Source of the DNA: Phoronis australis
Taxonomy: Eukaryota > Animalia > Phoronida
DNA: 64,000 nucleotides
Reading direction: 5' to 3'
Assembly: GCA_002633005.1 (NCBI GenBank)
Contig: NMRA01000380.1
Location: forward strand, 62,001 to 126,000
The translations under genes were made by a program, and so were the position numbers. Position 1 is the stretch's first letter. Each line of letters begins with the position of its first letter. A model generated the notes under the pieces. That model did no database searches, was not told where the DNA came from, and saw only the letters and a program-made list of their open reading frames with translations. This document shows, piece after piece, positions 49,270-62,357 of this stretch.

Positions 49270-52200
49270 ATGATCATGAGGTAAGACTGTATAGCCATTT
49301 CTTCATGTGATAGTTAGAAACCGTATATTACATTTTTTATGTCTTGCTTTTGGATAAGAGATATTCACGCAGCACCTAAGTCTCTGTTACACACAAGATG
49401 GACACGTGTGGCTTTGTTAAAAACTGGTGACTCTCACAGTGTCTTACATGAATTTTGTGTTCGCCACAAAAGTGTTTGCAAAGTTTTTTTTTTTTCAGGT
49501 GGTGCGAATATTCTGTGCTCCTGTTGGTAGCAGCGACTGTGTTAATGCAATGTAAGTATGGAGTGCTACTTTTAGAAAACATGCGAACAAAAATGAAATG
49601 GTATATATTACTATTTATTATCCACCAGACGTGGAATTCACAGCATACAATCATAAGATTCCAACGTATGCTTACATAATGTGGAGAAAAAGCAACAAGT
49701 ATCCGATCAATGTTTATAACTGCCTTTTTTCGTACATGAATTGTGGTTGTTCTCAGTCGCTCTTTGGTAAACTTATAGAACGTGGGAACGTTCTAATGTG
49801 AGTTGAAATGTTACAGTTTGAGAATGAGCAAGGTACAAAGAAGGATCAATTTCTGTAGGCACTTAAATGATTAAAAATCACAAAGTCAGGTAAAAAGTAT
49901 CACACCTTATGTATATCTTGATAGGTGTCTCCGTCGAGGGTGGCGCTGACTGCAACCAAGGGGATACCAACTGTGGTAAGCTTAACGACCTTGTAATCAG
50001 GAGCATACTGCCGATTCCATTTTTACATTGTGAAAATACGTACATGTAACGTCTTGCTTCGGTCCTTGGCACTGTGGCATAACCTTCAATGCTCTTGGTT
50101 CAAAAAACAACGAGTGACTTTCAGGAACGTTTGCTTAGAGAATTTTATTCCCTTTGAAATCACGACCTCTTCAGTCGTGACCGCACCTACTGCAGAATTA
50201 TTCGACAGGTTGATACCCGTTACAGCCTATTACTCCGAAGGTTCGTTTATCCGAAGGCCCACTACTCCAAAAATACTACTTCGAAAGTCCCATAGTCCAA
50301 AAACTACTCTAAATGTAAACTGTATTTTATCGCATTGATGATACAGTTTTCTGGTCCAGCAAACTTCATAGTACAGCAAACAAAAGAGTCGTTTTCTACA
50401 AAGACAGTAGAATCGGCAGAAACAAGTCATTGGACTCCATTTCCTAAATAATTTTTATTTTCACGTATGCATTTTGATACTAAGTAACAAATTAACAACC
50501 GATTCGTGAAATTGTGAAAAATATGAAGATCGAATTTGACTTGAAAAATATCGAAAAATTCTCCCTGTTCTCGATGTTCCACCGACCTATCACTCTTGTT
50601 TGAGGTCTTATTCTTTGTCCGTGCACCACACAGTTACGATTTCAAATGTTAAGATTATTTATTATTTTCAACGCTGTTTTGCCTGTTGTAAAAGATTCGA
50701 GATGGTGTTAAACGTGACATCAACCACCACACCATCCTTTTCAGCATCTGTCTAATATGGCGAATGAAAACAAATTCCGCTTGTTTATCACAGGTAGATT
50801 TGTCGAAAATCTACGTGTCACTTAGACTTGCTTCATAAAGGGAAACATTTTTTATTTTAATAACGTACAACAAAGACACACTATTTTGAAGTTTTTTTGC
50901 ACACAATGCTTAATATTGAAGAACCTAGACAAAAATGGCGCAATAGTTTTTTTAAACCAACAGAGACATGGGTCAAAGGTCAAGGAAAGAGCAGCACCGG
51001 AGAACAAGGGAAGCCCCCTTATGAGGACTTTCAATTCAGAGTGTCGCTTTTGATGAATCAAACATCAATGTGACTTTAACATTTCGGAAATAGTTTTTGA
51101 GTAAAACATCAAAAAATCGCAGTAGTGTATTTTTCGGAGTTGTGGGTCGGAATAGTGTTTTTTTCAGGGTAGTAGGCTTTGAGAGTTAGTGACCATTTAC
51201 CGTTTTTGCCATCCTCAATATATATAAATTTACTCTACAGTATATCGTAGCGTGTGATGACTCAAGTGTCGTTGAATGTGTATTTGAATGGCGTAATATC
51301 CCTACTGGTAATGCAGACAAAGGTTTGCGACAGAATGGGAGTTGGTCAATCAAAGGCCATGGAAACACCGTAGCTTTCAGAGACCAGTTGGGGCACAAGC
51401 GTATTTTAACGATTTAACCCGGAATATTTTCCGTAATTGGAAGTTGTGCAATTTGCATATCCTCTTAGCAAACAAAAACATTATTCGGCTAATGTCTTTA
51501 TTGTGTCAGACAGTGGATCCCAGGATTTCAGGCTTAGTGAGCTTTTTCAATTAATCAGATTTTATTGCACTTAAAACAGTTTATCAAACTTATGGCGGTT
51601 GATGATGATAACCGAGCACGAATCGGATTAAAGTCCCGATGGTAAGTGAAACATATAATTATGTTTAAGCAGCTTTAAATTGGCCGTATGATTTATTAAC
51701 TTGGAGCTTTGAAATTATTATTAAACTGTTCCCAAGTCAAATTAGATGGAAGATTTCAAGGTTTGCAAAGAACTGATTCTTCAGGGGCGGATCCAGGATT
51801 TTGAGTTGAGGGACAGGGTAGAGTATCAGTCAGGCTTTTTCCCCTCTGACATTCGCACCCACGAACTGCCAAATGCAATCTGGGAGAATTTTAGGGAGGG
51901 GGGCATGGAACCCTGGCTAAAAGTGTGCCCTGGCACCGCTTAACTCAAAATCCTGGATGCGCCCCTTGTGCTGTGATTCACGGTTTCATATGAATGGAAG
52001 CAACTCATAAAAATGTTTCAATTTCCGACATTAATCAAAACGGCGTACGGAAGGCCACTTGCAATGAAACGGGCAAATGTGAGGGGCTACTGCAGCCCGC
52101 ATGAGGATATTTTGCTCTCGAAGACAGTTATTATTTGTTCGCCTCATTGGATGTTTGATTATTTTTACATGCTTTAAGTGTTTCGTCTTTCAGTGAGAGA

Positions 52201-55200
52201 TTTCGTTTTGATACAGAATTCAATCAAAACAAGAAAATGTACTATCTATGAGCGTTTGATTTTCAGAGCAATGTGATGACGGCCAGATATGGTATAATGA
52301 CAACTGTGAAGGTAGGTATATTTTTCAACGGACTCCTTCAAAGTATCTACGTAAGGGAATATACTTGAACAACTTTTGATGATTCCCACGCGTGTCATGT
52401 CAGTCAACACTTTTGATACACGCAATACCGCATTCCCATTGCCCAGAACATAGGACTCGAGCTCTGAAATGCCAACTCCCTCACGTGACCTATGTATTCA
52501 GGAAGTCCCCGAGACCAAACCCCACGGTTTGCATTGTTTACTTCCGGTTGACCGCATATCCTATACATGTAACTACCCTGCGCATACCAGTACAGAGTTT
52601 TGTTATTCCCGGGTTTTTGTCTTTTTCTTATTATTATCATTTTCCTTTGCGACCTTTTCTCGATCTTATAACTTTCAAACGACTCAGCTTTCAACTTTAA
52701 AACTTTCCAAGTACATTTGAGCCATCCATAAATTTTGTAAATATCATATTTTTGACTCAAAATGCAGCGGAATTGGTCAGTAGGTGCAAAGGTTACCTAA
52801 TTTTCAAAATGTTATTTCTCCTACATTTTTCAAGGAATTCTTTTCAATCACAGTTTACAGGTTTATGTCTATATGCCAATCAAATGCATCACCTTTCTAA
52901 ATAATCTGGTCACACAATCATATTAAATAGGTTAAAACCGGGTCATTGAGTAAAAACTAAGATTTTGAGCTAGACACTTCACCTTCAGCTGATTGATACG
53001 TGTACTTGAATTCCATTTGCTAAGATTCACGACATTTGGCGGAGCTATGGGTTCATTGGGTATATTTTCTTCTGAAAAGTTGACGTTTGCATTCAACACG
53101 TATTCTTCACACTTTTCATGGACTTCGCAACTGAGAAGGCTTATAATGCACCGGAAAGGGTCAATTAGTGCAAACGTCATCTACTTTACGAAATGTTATT
53201 TCTCCTTCATTTCCCAACGAATTTTCTTCAATGTCAGTACGCATGCGTAAGCCTACATGTCAATTAAATGCACTAATTTACTAAGCAATCAGGCCCTCCA
53301 ATCTGATTAAAAAGGTTAAAGGTCGTTGAATGCAAACTTAAATTATGAACCAGACAATTCAGATTTACACATGTGATTGATTGACGCACTTGAGTTCCAA
53401 TTCCAAAGCTTCAGGTTATTTGCTACAACCATGGAGTCATTAAGTGCATTTTTCTTTTAAAACTTTCACTTTTTCATTCAACATGCATTCTTTTTAGACA
53501 AGTTTTATTCTACTATGGCAGCATTTGTGGTTCAGCATGACCCAATTTTTTATGTTCTTGTATAGATTTGCTAAGGTGCACAAGCCACCAGAGAGAATGT
53601 CGAGTTTCCAAAAAAATCTCCCTCGCGCAGAGTTAATATTGTTACTTGCTAACAATAGACCGTCAGGTTTCAGTTTGGCATTTCTGTTCATCAAGCGAGA
53701 CTAGAGGTACGGTTCCAGATAACTTGTGATTTCTGGGCAAAATAAGTCAACAATTACTGAAGCTACACTTAAAAAAGGTATTTATAACCATCGATCTGAG
53801 GTCCTGGCATGCCCAGTCTGCCTCTTTTGACAGTCTTCCAAACTATAGGCCAGGAGAAATTTTAGGTGTTAAAATCACTGAAAGAATTGACATTCGATTT
53901 CTTAGAGTTTGTTCTGCAATATTATAAACGGAAAGTTTAGGCCCTACTAACAGATGTGCTTTCGTAATTTCCGAAAACTACTCGTACAGTAATTTCATAC
54001 CTAAATGGGAGTGTGTGTGCTTGTTTGTGTGTGTGTGCATGCGTGCGTGTGTTATTACTGTTTTCAATTGTTTCCTTGTGCAAGGTTTATCTCTTGCCCA
54101 GCTGTTTTTTATTCAATTGATCTCTGAGCAGTTCTGTTATCTGCGGTATTAAGCTGCACATGGAAAATAAAATTCTAAACAATAAAAAATTACCAGCCCA
54201 GTCCCTTACTTTGTATTGCTGACATCGTAGATTGCGTATTTGGCAAACGGCCCGCTCTTGGAGGACTGCCCACTTTTTGAATTTTTCCTGCCATTCCGCC
54301 ACGCCATCACAATGCCCCGCTTTCACACGGCGAAATTGACATCTTATCAAATTGTAATTTCCAAAGCAACACAGCCCTATTTTTCCGTTCATCTTAAAAG
54401 GAAAAACGAGACGTTTCGTGTTCTTGCGGTTCCTGCAATTTCCGACTAGAAAAAAAATTTTGGTGTTAGCTCTCCCCTTTTTGACAAGAAACGCTGTCTG
54501 CACGTTTTTGTGTGGTGGGACGAATATTTTACTCTTGCGTTTTGGCTTCAACCCAGATGTCCCGCTTTCATCCGAGAGTCCATAATTTCAATCCATTTGT
54601 CCCGTTTTTTCGTTCGAAAATGTTGACCCTGAGAACTATGCACATAATTGACACTTTGTTTTGAAAATTGTTATTTCCCAGAATCCACTTTCTTTAGTAA
54701 CATAACGATCATAAAAACGTGTTCCAATGCCTGTTGTTCATGGCAACATACACTACTTGTCTCAGTATCGTTATTTTTTCATCTATGGAAAGTTCTATAT
54801 CGTTACCAAAGCTACAAAATGGATGTTTGCCATTTTTTTCCGGAGCCTTCATCTGAAAATTTTGGATAGGTAGTTGATAAGTAATTACTTTATCACAGCT
54901 GTGTTGTCAGAATTGTGCACCATACTTTTCCAATATTTTGTTTTTTATTCTGCAATTCAGATGAGGCATTTGTTATATGTGCGTTGGTTCCATGTAGTAG
55001 GCATGCTGTCTTTCTCTTTAAATAAGAGACGTAGACGTAACAAGTTGAAGGACGTGTAGCAGCATGGTCCTTCCCTGCGCAAGATGGTGGAACTTGTTGA
55101 AAAAGACAAACAAGCAAGAACACGTGGTATAGGTCAATACCGGTATGAGGAGCAAAAGGGGGTCCTGTACCGAGTGTATTTTAGTGAGTTGGTGGTGAAC

Positions 55201-58200
55201 ATTGAGTTTTGACCTTACTTCCTCTGTAATATTAACCATTTCTTTCTTTGTAGACCCAGTCAATGTACCATGTAGTGAAAATGGAACCCGCTGCCCAGAG
55301 CATTCCGTTTGCGACACGGAACACAAAAAATGTAAATGCGAGACAGGCTACACTTATGACGGTTTCGACTGTGTGATGCACTTCGACCCTATTGGTAGGT
55401 TGCTACTCTCCATGATTAATCGAGACAAAATTTTGAATAATTTCCATCTACACAGAGAGTGTACTTAACTCATTTATGGGGATAAGAGTGGGACAGGGTT
55501 AATATCCGTAAGCGATTATTCTGTTTGGTGCGTTTTCTGTATATTATTATAGTGGATCAAAAACCTTCTGGAATCATGTTCAGCAACTAATTCAAATTTG
55601 GTAAAAGCATTCTGTAGTTTCTCAAAGTCTCGCATTAACTTTATTATATTCTTACACAGGCAACATGACCGCAGCAAACCTTTGGGTTGTTGCACCTTCA
55701 CAGTACAATATACGTTTAAACGATACGTAAATCATTTCACAAACCAACATCTGTAGTTGTCGATGTCTCACAAAAACAATCTAGTGAAATCAACCCTACT
55801 GATTAATGCACATTACATTACACTAACGTGTAAGCTTGTCGCTATTTCAGTGTCAAAACTGTCTGTCTGTTTCGTTTCAGAATACTGCAAAAAGTGCATT
55901 AACATTCGCAATGGTCCTAACCATTACCCCGACCCCCTGGACTGCTCCAGTTATTACCTATGCACCGGAAAAACTGGCGACGTTAAGGCGTACCATAAGT
56001 CGTGTGCACCGTGCACCTATTGGAATCAAGATATGTTGACATGTGTACACCTGGAACATGCAAACTGTCCCGAAGCTGCACCACCAAGTGCGTACACGAA
56101 AAGGTTCTAATGACTTAGCTAGAATCAAAGAACTGAAACTTAGTGCATGCTCTTTTAGCTTGAACCGAATTTGGCATATGAAACGTACTGGTCTGGACAA
56201 GAATAGTTCAATAGAAACCATTTAAAAACTCACCAGTTCTGTCGTGTAGCTTCTAACAGAATTCCTAAAGATGGCGTTTGTTTGTTGTCGAATGGGTGAC
56301 ATTTCGAGTTTACTTGCCGCTGATACATATATTGTTGCTTCTGTTGGTCCACGTATCACCCACAGAAGGTACTTGACCAAAATGACTGTTCCAAAACCGA
56401 CAACCCTCACATATTATTCGCAGACACTATACGTTCTTATTCAGACTTGATCAACTGATTTCTCCTATGACTTCTTTATCATCTTGAATGTCATGATTTC
56501 GCAATGAATTTACAGAGAAGAAGTTTCCAGTAAGCTACAGTTGTTGCTGCTACAGAGTATGTGAAGGGTACACATCCGAAGACAAATGTTGTCCTGCTAG
56601 AGACGGATATGGTTTCAGCTATGCTGCTCAAAAATGCGTGAAGAACAACTGCAACAATTCTTGCATACCACAGACCACACTTCGGCCGACATATACACCA
56701 CCGAACACTCTACCTACACAAAATCCTTGTAAGTATACCTACGCCATGCGATTTTAAGCACATTTGAAGGATATTCATTGATATGCTTTCAGCAACGTCT
56801 CCTTGAAGTGCTATTTTTGGCGAGTTATGCTTAAGCTATTTCGATTTCGTTGAAGCAAAAGAAAGTATAGCGGCGTCCTGTAAAAAGAGCTCGAAGGTTG
56901 AAATGCCTTTTTCTGTTTGGTCTGTTCTTACCAGGCAGTTCTTACCTTCGTATCCAAAGTCCGTGCATCTTGGTTTTTGTCCCGTACTCCATTTGAAGTG
57001 AAGAGAAAAGCGCCTGCCGTGGTTTTTATGATGCCCCCGCAATTCCCCAATAATGACAAGTGCTTCTCATCTAAGGTCCACGCAGTTGTAAAAATAAAGC
57101 CACTGTTGACCCCTTTACCGATAGCATGCGCATATCAGAACGTGAAGTTCGAATGTTGGGACACGAGTCCTAATCCAGGAAATGTTACGCAGGCGATTAT
57201 TTTAAGATAGATGCTCCACGAGCTACTTACTCTTATGCGGTTTTCAGCGCAAGGAGTAAATAATCATTTTGATTTCGCGACAATGACTTCTCAGTCGTTC
57301 CCAAAATAATAAATGGTTCTTGTCAAGTTTGACCTACGACAAATGTCTGTGTTTAGTCTGGTGGTGTGTAAGCGTACTCTAATCAAATCTTATTGTTGCT
57401 TTGCCATAAAAACGGTCCACGCACTCTTTACTTCAGCTTGTTTGGTTCTCCACATGCCTATGAAAGAGGACTTCAAAGATCTTAAACACAACTACGTCGA
57501 CTCTGGTGAGGTAGTATTACTCGATGGAGCAGCCTATTTTAGAGGATTCTCCCACATCGAAGTGCCTTTGTTCAACAACTACTACTGGGGAAATCAAGTG
57601 ACACTCAGTTTTTGGTACAAAACTGACATGGAACCTAAAGAGTACGTGACGAGATTACTTAGCAACGGCAATTGTGACGGTGAGTGACCCACATTTTCTA
57701 ATTCTTTGGGTTAGAATCATTGTTTTCACCGTGAGCCAAATATTGGAACTCACTGAATTTTCTAACCAGACAATATTGATAAGCGTCTGTTGTTTCTGAA
57801 CTGCAACGAAGAAAGGTCTGGTAGGTTTTCATATTCTTTAAATATCGAAGTTGTAAAAGAAAGGTGTCTTATTATCCGTTCCCTTAACCTCGCCGTAGCT
57901 CCAGGTGGGATCACACCGACACTGGTCACCGAATGAAAGTTTTCATTTAAAGAATCGTATTCCCTGCTGAATTAATTTCACCCATAACTGGCTCTGTCAC
58001 CCGACACTGTACATGGTTGTATCTTCCCTGAGAAAAAGAACGTTATAGTGCTAGGGCTATTGCCCAACAAGCTTTAAGCGAATGTTTTCCACACCTGTGT
58101 GTTACCCCCATGTTTCCGCAACTTTTTGTTTCGAGGTCCAGTGGTACCTTATATCTGTTAAACACGTAAATGCAACCGACTTGTGCCTTTAAATTACAAG

Positions 58201-61200
58201 AGAGATAACCCCGGGTTTGATCATGCATTACTCAAACATAACCTTGCATTTAGGGTTTGGAACCATTGGTGTCAAGATGGAGGCAGAGTTTATCTCGGGT
58301 ACCATAACTACTAACGTCGAAGAGGTCAATGTAATTACACAGCCGGTAGGTAAATAGACAAAGAAACATGAAGATTTCAAAGTAAACTAGACAAACTCCA
58401 TTTTGTCCCGCGGTCATGTTCAGTCTCCGGTGGTCTTGTTTTGTGGTGTGGCGGTCAAGTCTTTAGGTGCGTCAGTCCCATTTTCTGGTGCGGCGGTCTT
58501 ATTTGATCCCGTACGTCCTTCTGTGGTGAGTTCCTCCGATTTGGAGGACCGATGGTCGTGTTTCGAGTCCCGTGGGTATGTGTTTCTCACCCGTGGGTAA
58601 TAAACCCCCACTAAGTAGCGTAGTGCTTGTAGTTGTCTCATACAGCTTTTATGGATATCGTATACTGGGCACACATCAGACGGTCACCGATAAATCCTTG
58701 TCATTACATACATGTACAGTAGATTTGCCGTCCTTATTTTGACCTGAATTTTCCGGGGGTTATACACGTAGTACATTAATAATGCCAGTTTAAGGAGCAA
58801 AAATCAAATTCAAATCTAGGTCCTGAATTATATAAGGCAGTGACGGATATACGATCGGGAGTATTAATACTGTAACCGGATATTTTCCCTGGCTAAAATA
58901 ACGTTTGTTTACTTTATTTTCAGTTTTTGTTTCATAATTTCTATGAAATTGGATATTTTTGTGTTAAATCATGCATATTTCCCCAAATTTTGGCTATACT
59001 CGTATCTGTGAAAATTGTTCCTTGGGTTTGTAAGTACGCACATGTACGGTAGCACCAAAACCCAGTACCTGCATTCAAATAAACCGAGTCTACTTTAATT
59101 TCGATTGGCATTCCGTTACAGCTGACATTTCATGTTTTTAAAATTGAGTTTCACAATTTTTTTGATCAGCTATTAACCGTTTTGCTGGCGCCACACTGAT
59201 GCTGTATGCAAAATCTATCACATCTATCATTACAGTTGTTGATTTGTGATTATGTAGTTACCTTGTCTTGCCTAGATCAATCACAAGCAATGGCATCACG
59301 TGGCTATGACGTATGACGGAGAAAAACTCAGCTTATACATTGACGGGAATCTTGTTGACTCCGAGGAAGCTAACGGTACGTAAGATTTGCGCTGTAGATG
59401 CAATAAAGTCTGACCGTGCTTCGTAAGGTAAGCTGACAAAGTTTTGCTCTCTGATCATGATGATGCTTCGTTTAGTTTTCATTAACGACGCCATTGAAGT
59501 ACAATCGATGCTTCACAGATAGCGTGACACGTAATATATTGTTTTTCTCTTATTACACGGTGACCGGAAAGCATGTCAAATGTCTCTTGGCTTCGTAAAC
59601 CACTTTCTTTCTATTTTATCTTTCTTTGAAGTTGACCATTTGACACGTCGATGTGGTGTTTAAAATGTCTTGAAACAATTGAGATGATTATTGAACATGA
59701 AAAAGACAATATTCGAGCAGCACGTTCTTATCGAATGGTTACGTTCGTGCCTTATTCTTGTTAACCCACCACGCAACTCGAAAATGAGGGACGTTTCTTT
59801 TTTCGGAAACTAACTCTGAACAAAATAGACTACGCACGCATTAAGCTGTTTTGACAAAATGAATGTTTATAGGGTGGTGAAGGTGTATTCTACTATAAAG
59901 TTAGGAATTTCATTTTTAACGCTATGCAATCATCACACAGCCTTCATAAGAAAAGCACAGGTGTTGCTTTAGGACCATTAAAATATTACAGGTAAAAAGA
60001 GTGCAGGTGGCCTGATGCCTCTTGCTGTACACCGTGCGTGTTAATGCCGCGGTTTGCGTTTACCAGAACTTCTTAATTAGTAAAAGTCAGTATCCACTAG
60101 CACAAATAACGTATCACCGTACACTTTCTGACCAGTAGGAGTATGTAGACAAGTGTTCCGGCACGATCATTTACCTTTAGTATTGGCATGTTATATTCGG
60201 TTGACGGAGATACAAAACGTCCGATTTTGCTCCACCTTGCGTTTGATTCGGCTGTCTTAGCGTCTACCACAAGTGGACCGCTGTCTACACGGGATTTCTA
60301 ACTTATACGAATTGGAAGGCTAAAACAGGAACGTGTAAACAGGGCAGAAGAAATAACCTTTATATATACTTTTGTAGGCAACATCAACAGCTATCATGCA
60401 CCCCTACAAATTTCGACTGGTTACTGTGAAGACAAAGATGAAAGTGACTTCCAGTGGTATATGAATGAGGTAGGGGAGATAATTTTGCTCGCTAGTTTAG
60501 TTAACTTCATAAATTAATATGTGTCAGCTCTACGATTCTTTTCTAGAGCGGATTTTATACTTAAAATACGGTTTCTCGGATGTCTTGGAAACCCGTCTTA
60601 TTAATATTCTACTGAAGATTAATTACTACATGTATCCACGGAACAATAGGTGGCGTGGATAGCCCAGCATATGGTCTTCATATTGATTCTACGTTCACAT
60701 CTATTAAGGAGACACAATATCTCACTCGATATTGAACTCAATGTCATCTCTCGTGTGCTCAATAAAAATCAAGTTGCAAACCTTCTGCTGGGCCGTTAAC
60801 GTCACTTTCCACCGTTCTCTTTGAAGTAAGTACACGTAAGGAGAACAGTAATTAACTCGGAAAATATTCCTCCAAGATAATGGATGCCATGTGCAGCTTC
60901 ATCATTACACTCACTGATGTCATCGTTATTTATATTAACAACTTTTCATAATTGTTGCAACTTAAAATTCTGCTTCCAGTCAGCAATTATAGCACTCTCC
61001 CACTGGCTGAGGTTATCAGTAGTCTGCATTCTTGAGCCATCTTTGAAATTTACCATGTTTTATATCTAGCTGAACACATCCATTCAGTTCAAAAACAAAG
61101 GCAGGTGTGGGTGATTCACGTGTTTGTCGAGGCGAAACGGATATAAGTACGAAAAAAGTTAGCCTGTTTTTAACTTTTAGAGCAATACCAGTTGAAAAAA

Positions 61201-62209
61201 ATATTCATTTCAACATATTTTCATGACCACTGAAAAAGTTTTCAACACAACAGCATTTTGAAATCATTGCATATTTCCCAAAAAGTTATAATCTTACACC
61301 AGCTTTTCAATTCTGTTTGTGCTGTTGAATCCTTCATATTTGGTATTGAAAGACGCACGAAAAGGGGCTTTGAAAGAATTTTTCAGGCACTTCATGTAAA
61401 TGAGTGAAAAGCACCAGAAAAGGATTTAAAAGGGTATTCAAAGCTCATTTTTGCCGCTAGCAGTAATTGCTTAGCATTACACTACCCGGGCTGAGAGTCG
61501 CGCTCAGGCAAACAACTACTGTATACAATAGAACTTGGCCGTGGTCAACATTTAGATAGTAGAACTGTTAACGTGTTATAATGGGAGACTTTCAAATAGC
61601 AACGCGACTGGTCACTTGCACGGCCGGATACCATTAGCCTCTAGAGAAGGAGACGCTTTATAACATGTGTTTAAATTGCATCACGTCTAATCACACACAA
61701 CGTAACAGGGTTTTTCACAAAGTCGAACTGTTCCCCTACGCAGCCCGTTTAGAAGACGATTCGAATCCTTGTACAGCTAGGTGGCTATATGAGACACTGG
61801 TCCCACGTCATCAGTCTCCAATGCTTCCTGGAAGTCTCTCATTGCCCGGAAACTTGTCGAGTTACCTCGAAGAATTTCTGGTATGTGTATGGACTCTGCT
61901 CAACCCACAAACGCTACTATGCTAAAGAAGTGCGTTCTGCTTTCAATCTAGTCAGAGGAACTTTTTTCATTGACGCCACCTGTTGATTGATAATAGAATA
62001 GATAATTTATCTACTGTACACTCGCGCGCAGGCCGTAGACTTGTACTTGTCATGTGAATTGGACGTCTCGAGTTGCGTCTCGGACATGTGGTCATTGCAA
62101 GTTTGTTATTTCTAATTATTCAGAATTGTTTCGATTGTTCCAGGTGAAAGTGTTCAGGTGCAGCTTAAGCTCGGATGAGGTTATGGAGTTGTTCAACAAG
62201 GGTCACTGA
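49270..62209 (+). CDS. Gene B: short paralog of gene A; signal peptide + half EB module + one EB module + chitin-binding type-2 + Cys-rich + LamG3; about 437 aa
   Basis: Exons 49270-49280 (MIMR), 49499-49551 (WCEYSVLLLVAATVLMQ), 49925-49975, 52267-52311, 55254-55394, 55881-56087, 56516-56728, 57437-57679, 58254-58345, 59276-59375, 60378-60469, 62144-62209 (TGA). The total is 1314 nt with consistent phases. Downstream exon lengths 141/207/243 nt and intron phases match gene A. LamG motif QWHHVAMTYDGEKLSLYIDG is present. Confidence 0.85.
50210..51196. mobile_element. Possible about 1-kb foldback or non-autonomous DNA element with subterminal CTACTCCGAA-like repeats
   Basis: Arrays of (c/t)actccgaa-like units at 50225-50310 and in inverted orientation at 51085-51196; a similar array lies at 46035-46160. 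Confidence 0.4.
51782..51968. mobile_element. MITE family 1
   Basis: TIRs of about 26 bp, caggggcggatccaggattttgagtt / aactcaaaatcctggatgcgcccctt; no clear TSD. Confidence 0.75.
52600..53510. repeat. Repeat element with internal diverged direct repeats (possibly Helentron/HINE-like)
   Basis: aaatgttatttctcct.cattt...ttcaat...aaatgca occurs at about 52807 and about 53191; T-rich simple sequence near the start. The classification is tentative. Confidence 0.3.
55881..56087 (+). CDS. Gene B chitin-binding type-2 domain exon
   Basis: EYCKKCINIRNGPNHYPDPLDCSSYYLCTGKTGDVKAYHKSCAPCTYWNQDMLTCVHLEHANCP; same 207-nt length as the gene A exon. Confidence 0.85.
57437..62209 (+). CDS. Gene B LamG3/ConA-like domain (5 exons)
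   Basis: AAYFRGFSHIEVPLFNNYYWGNQVTLSFWYK...LLSNGNC...WHHVAMTYDG...APLQI...YMNEVKVFRCSL; same intron positions as gene A. Confidence 0.85.
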
Positions 62210-62351
62210 TCACACATTATCACGTGTACACGAAGGAATCAATATACAGTGAATTATGATTCCTTGAATATTAGTTATGAGCTATCTAACGAGAGCGATA
62301 TCTCATTTAAATTCCAACAAATCGGTAACACTGTGTAGCAATGAATAAGCG

Positions 62352-62357
62352 AATAAA
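62352..62357 (+). promoter_or_regulatory. Candidate polyadenylation signal of gene B
   Basis: AATAAA about 140 nt after TGA, followed by T-rich sequence. Confidence 0.5.

Noticed and set aside
54087-54551. 154-aa Lys-rich minus-strand ORF
   Set aside because: It overlaps a dispersed repeat also seen at about 4500-4672; the composition reflects T-rich DNA.
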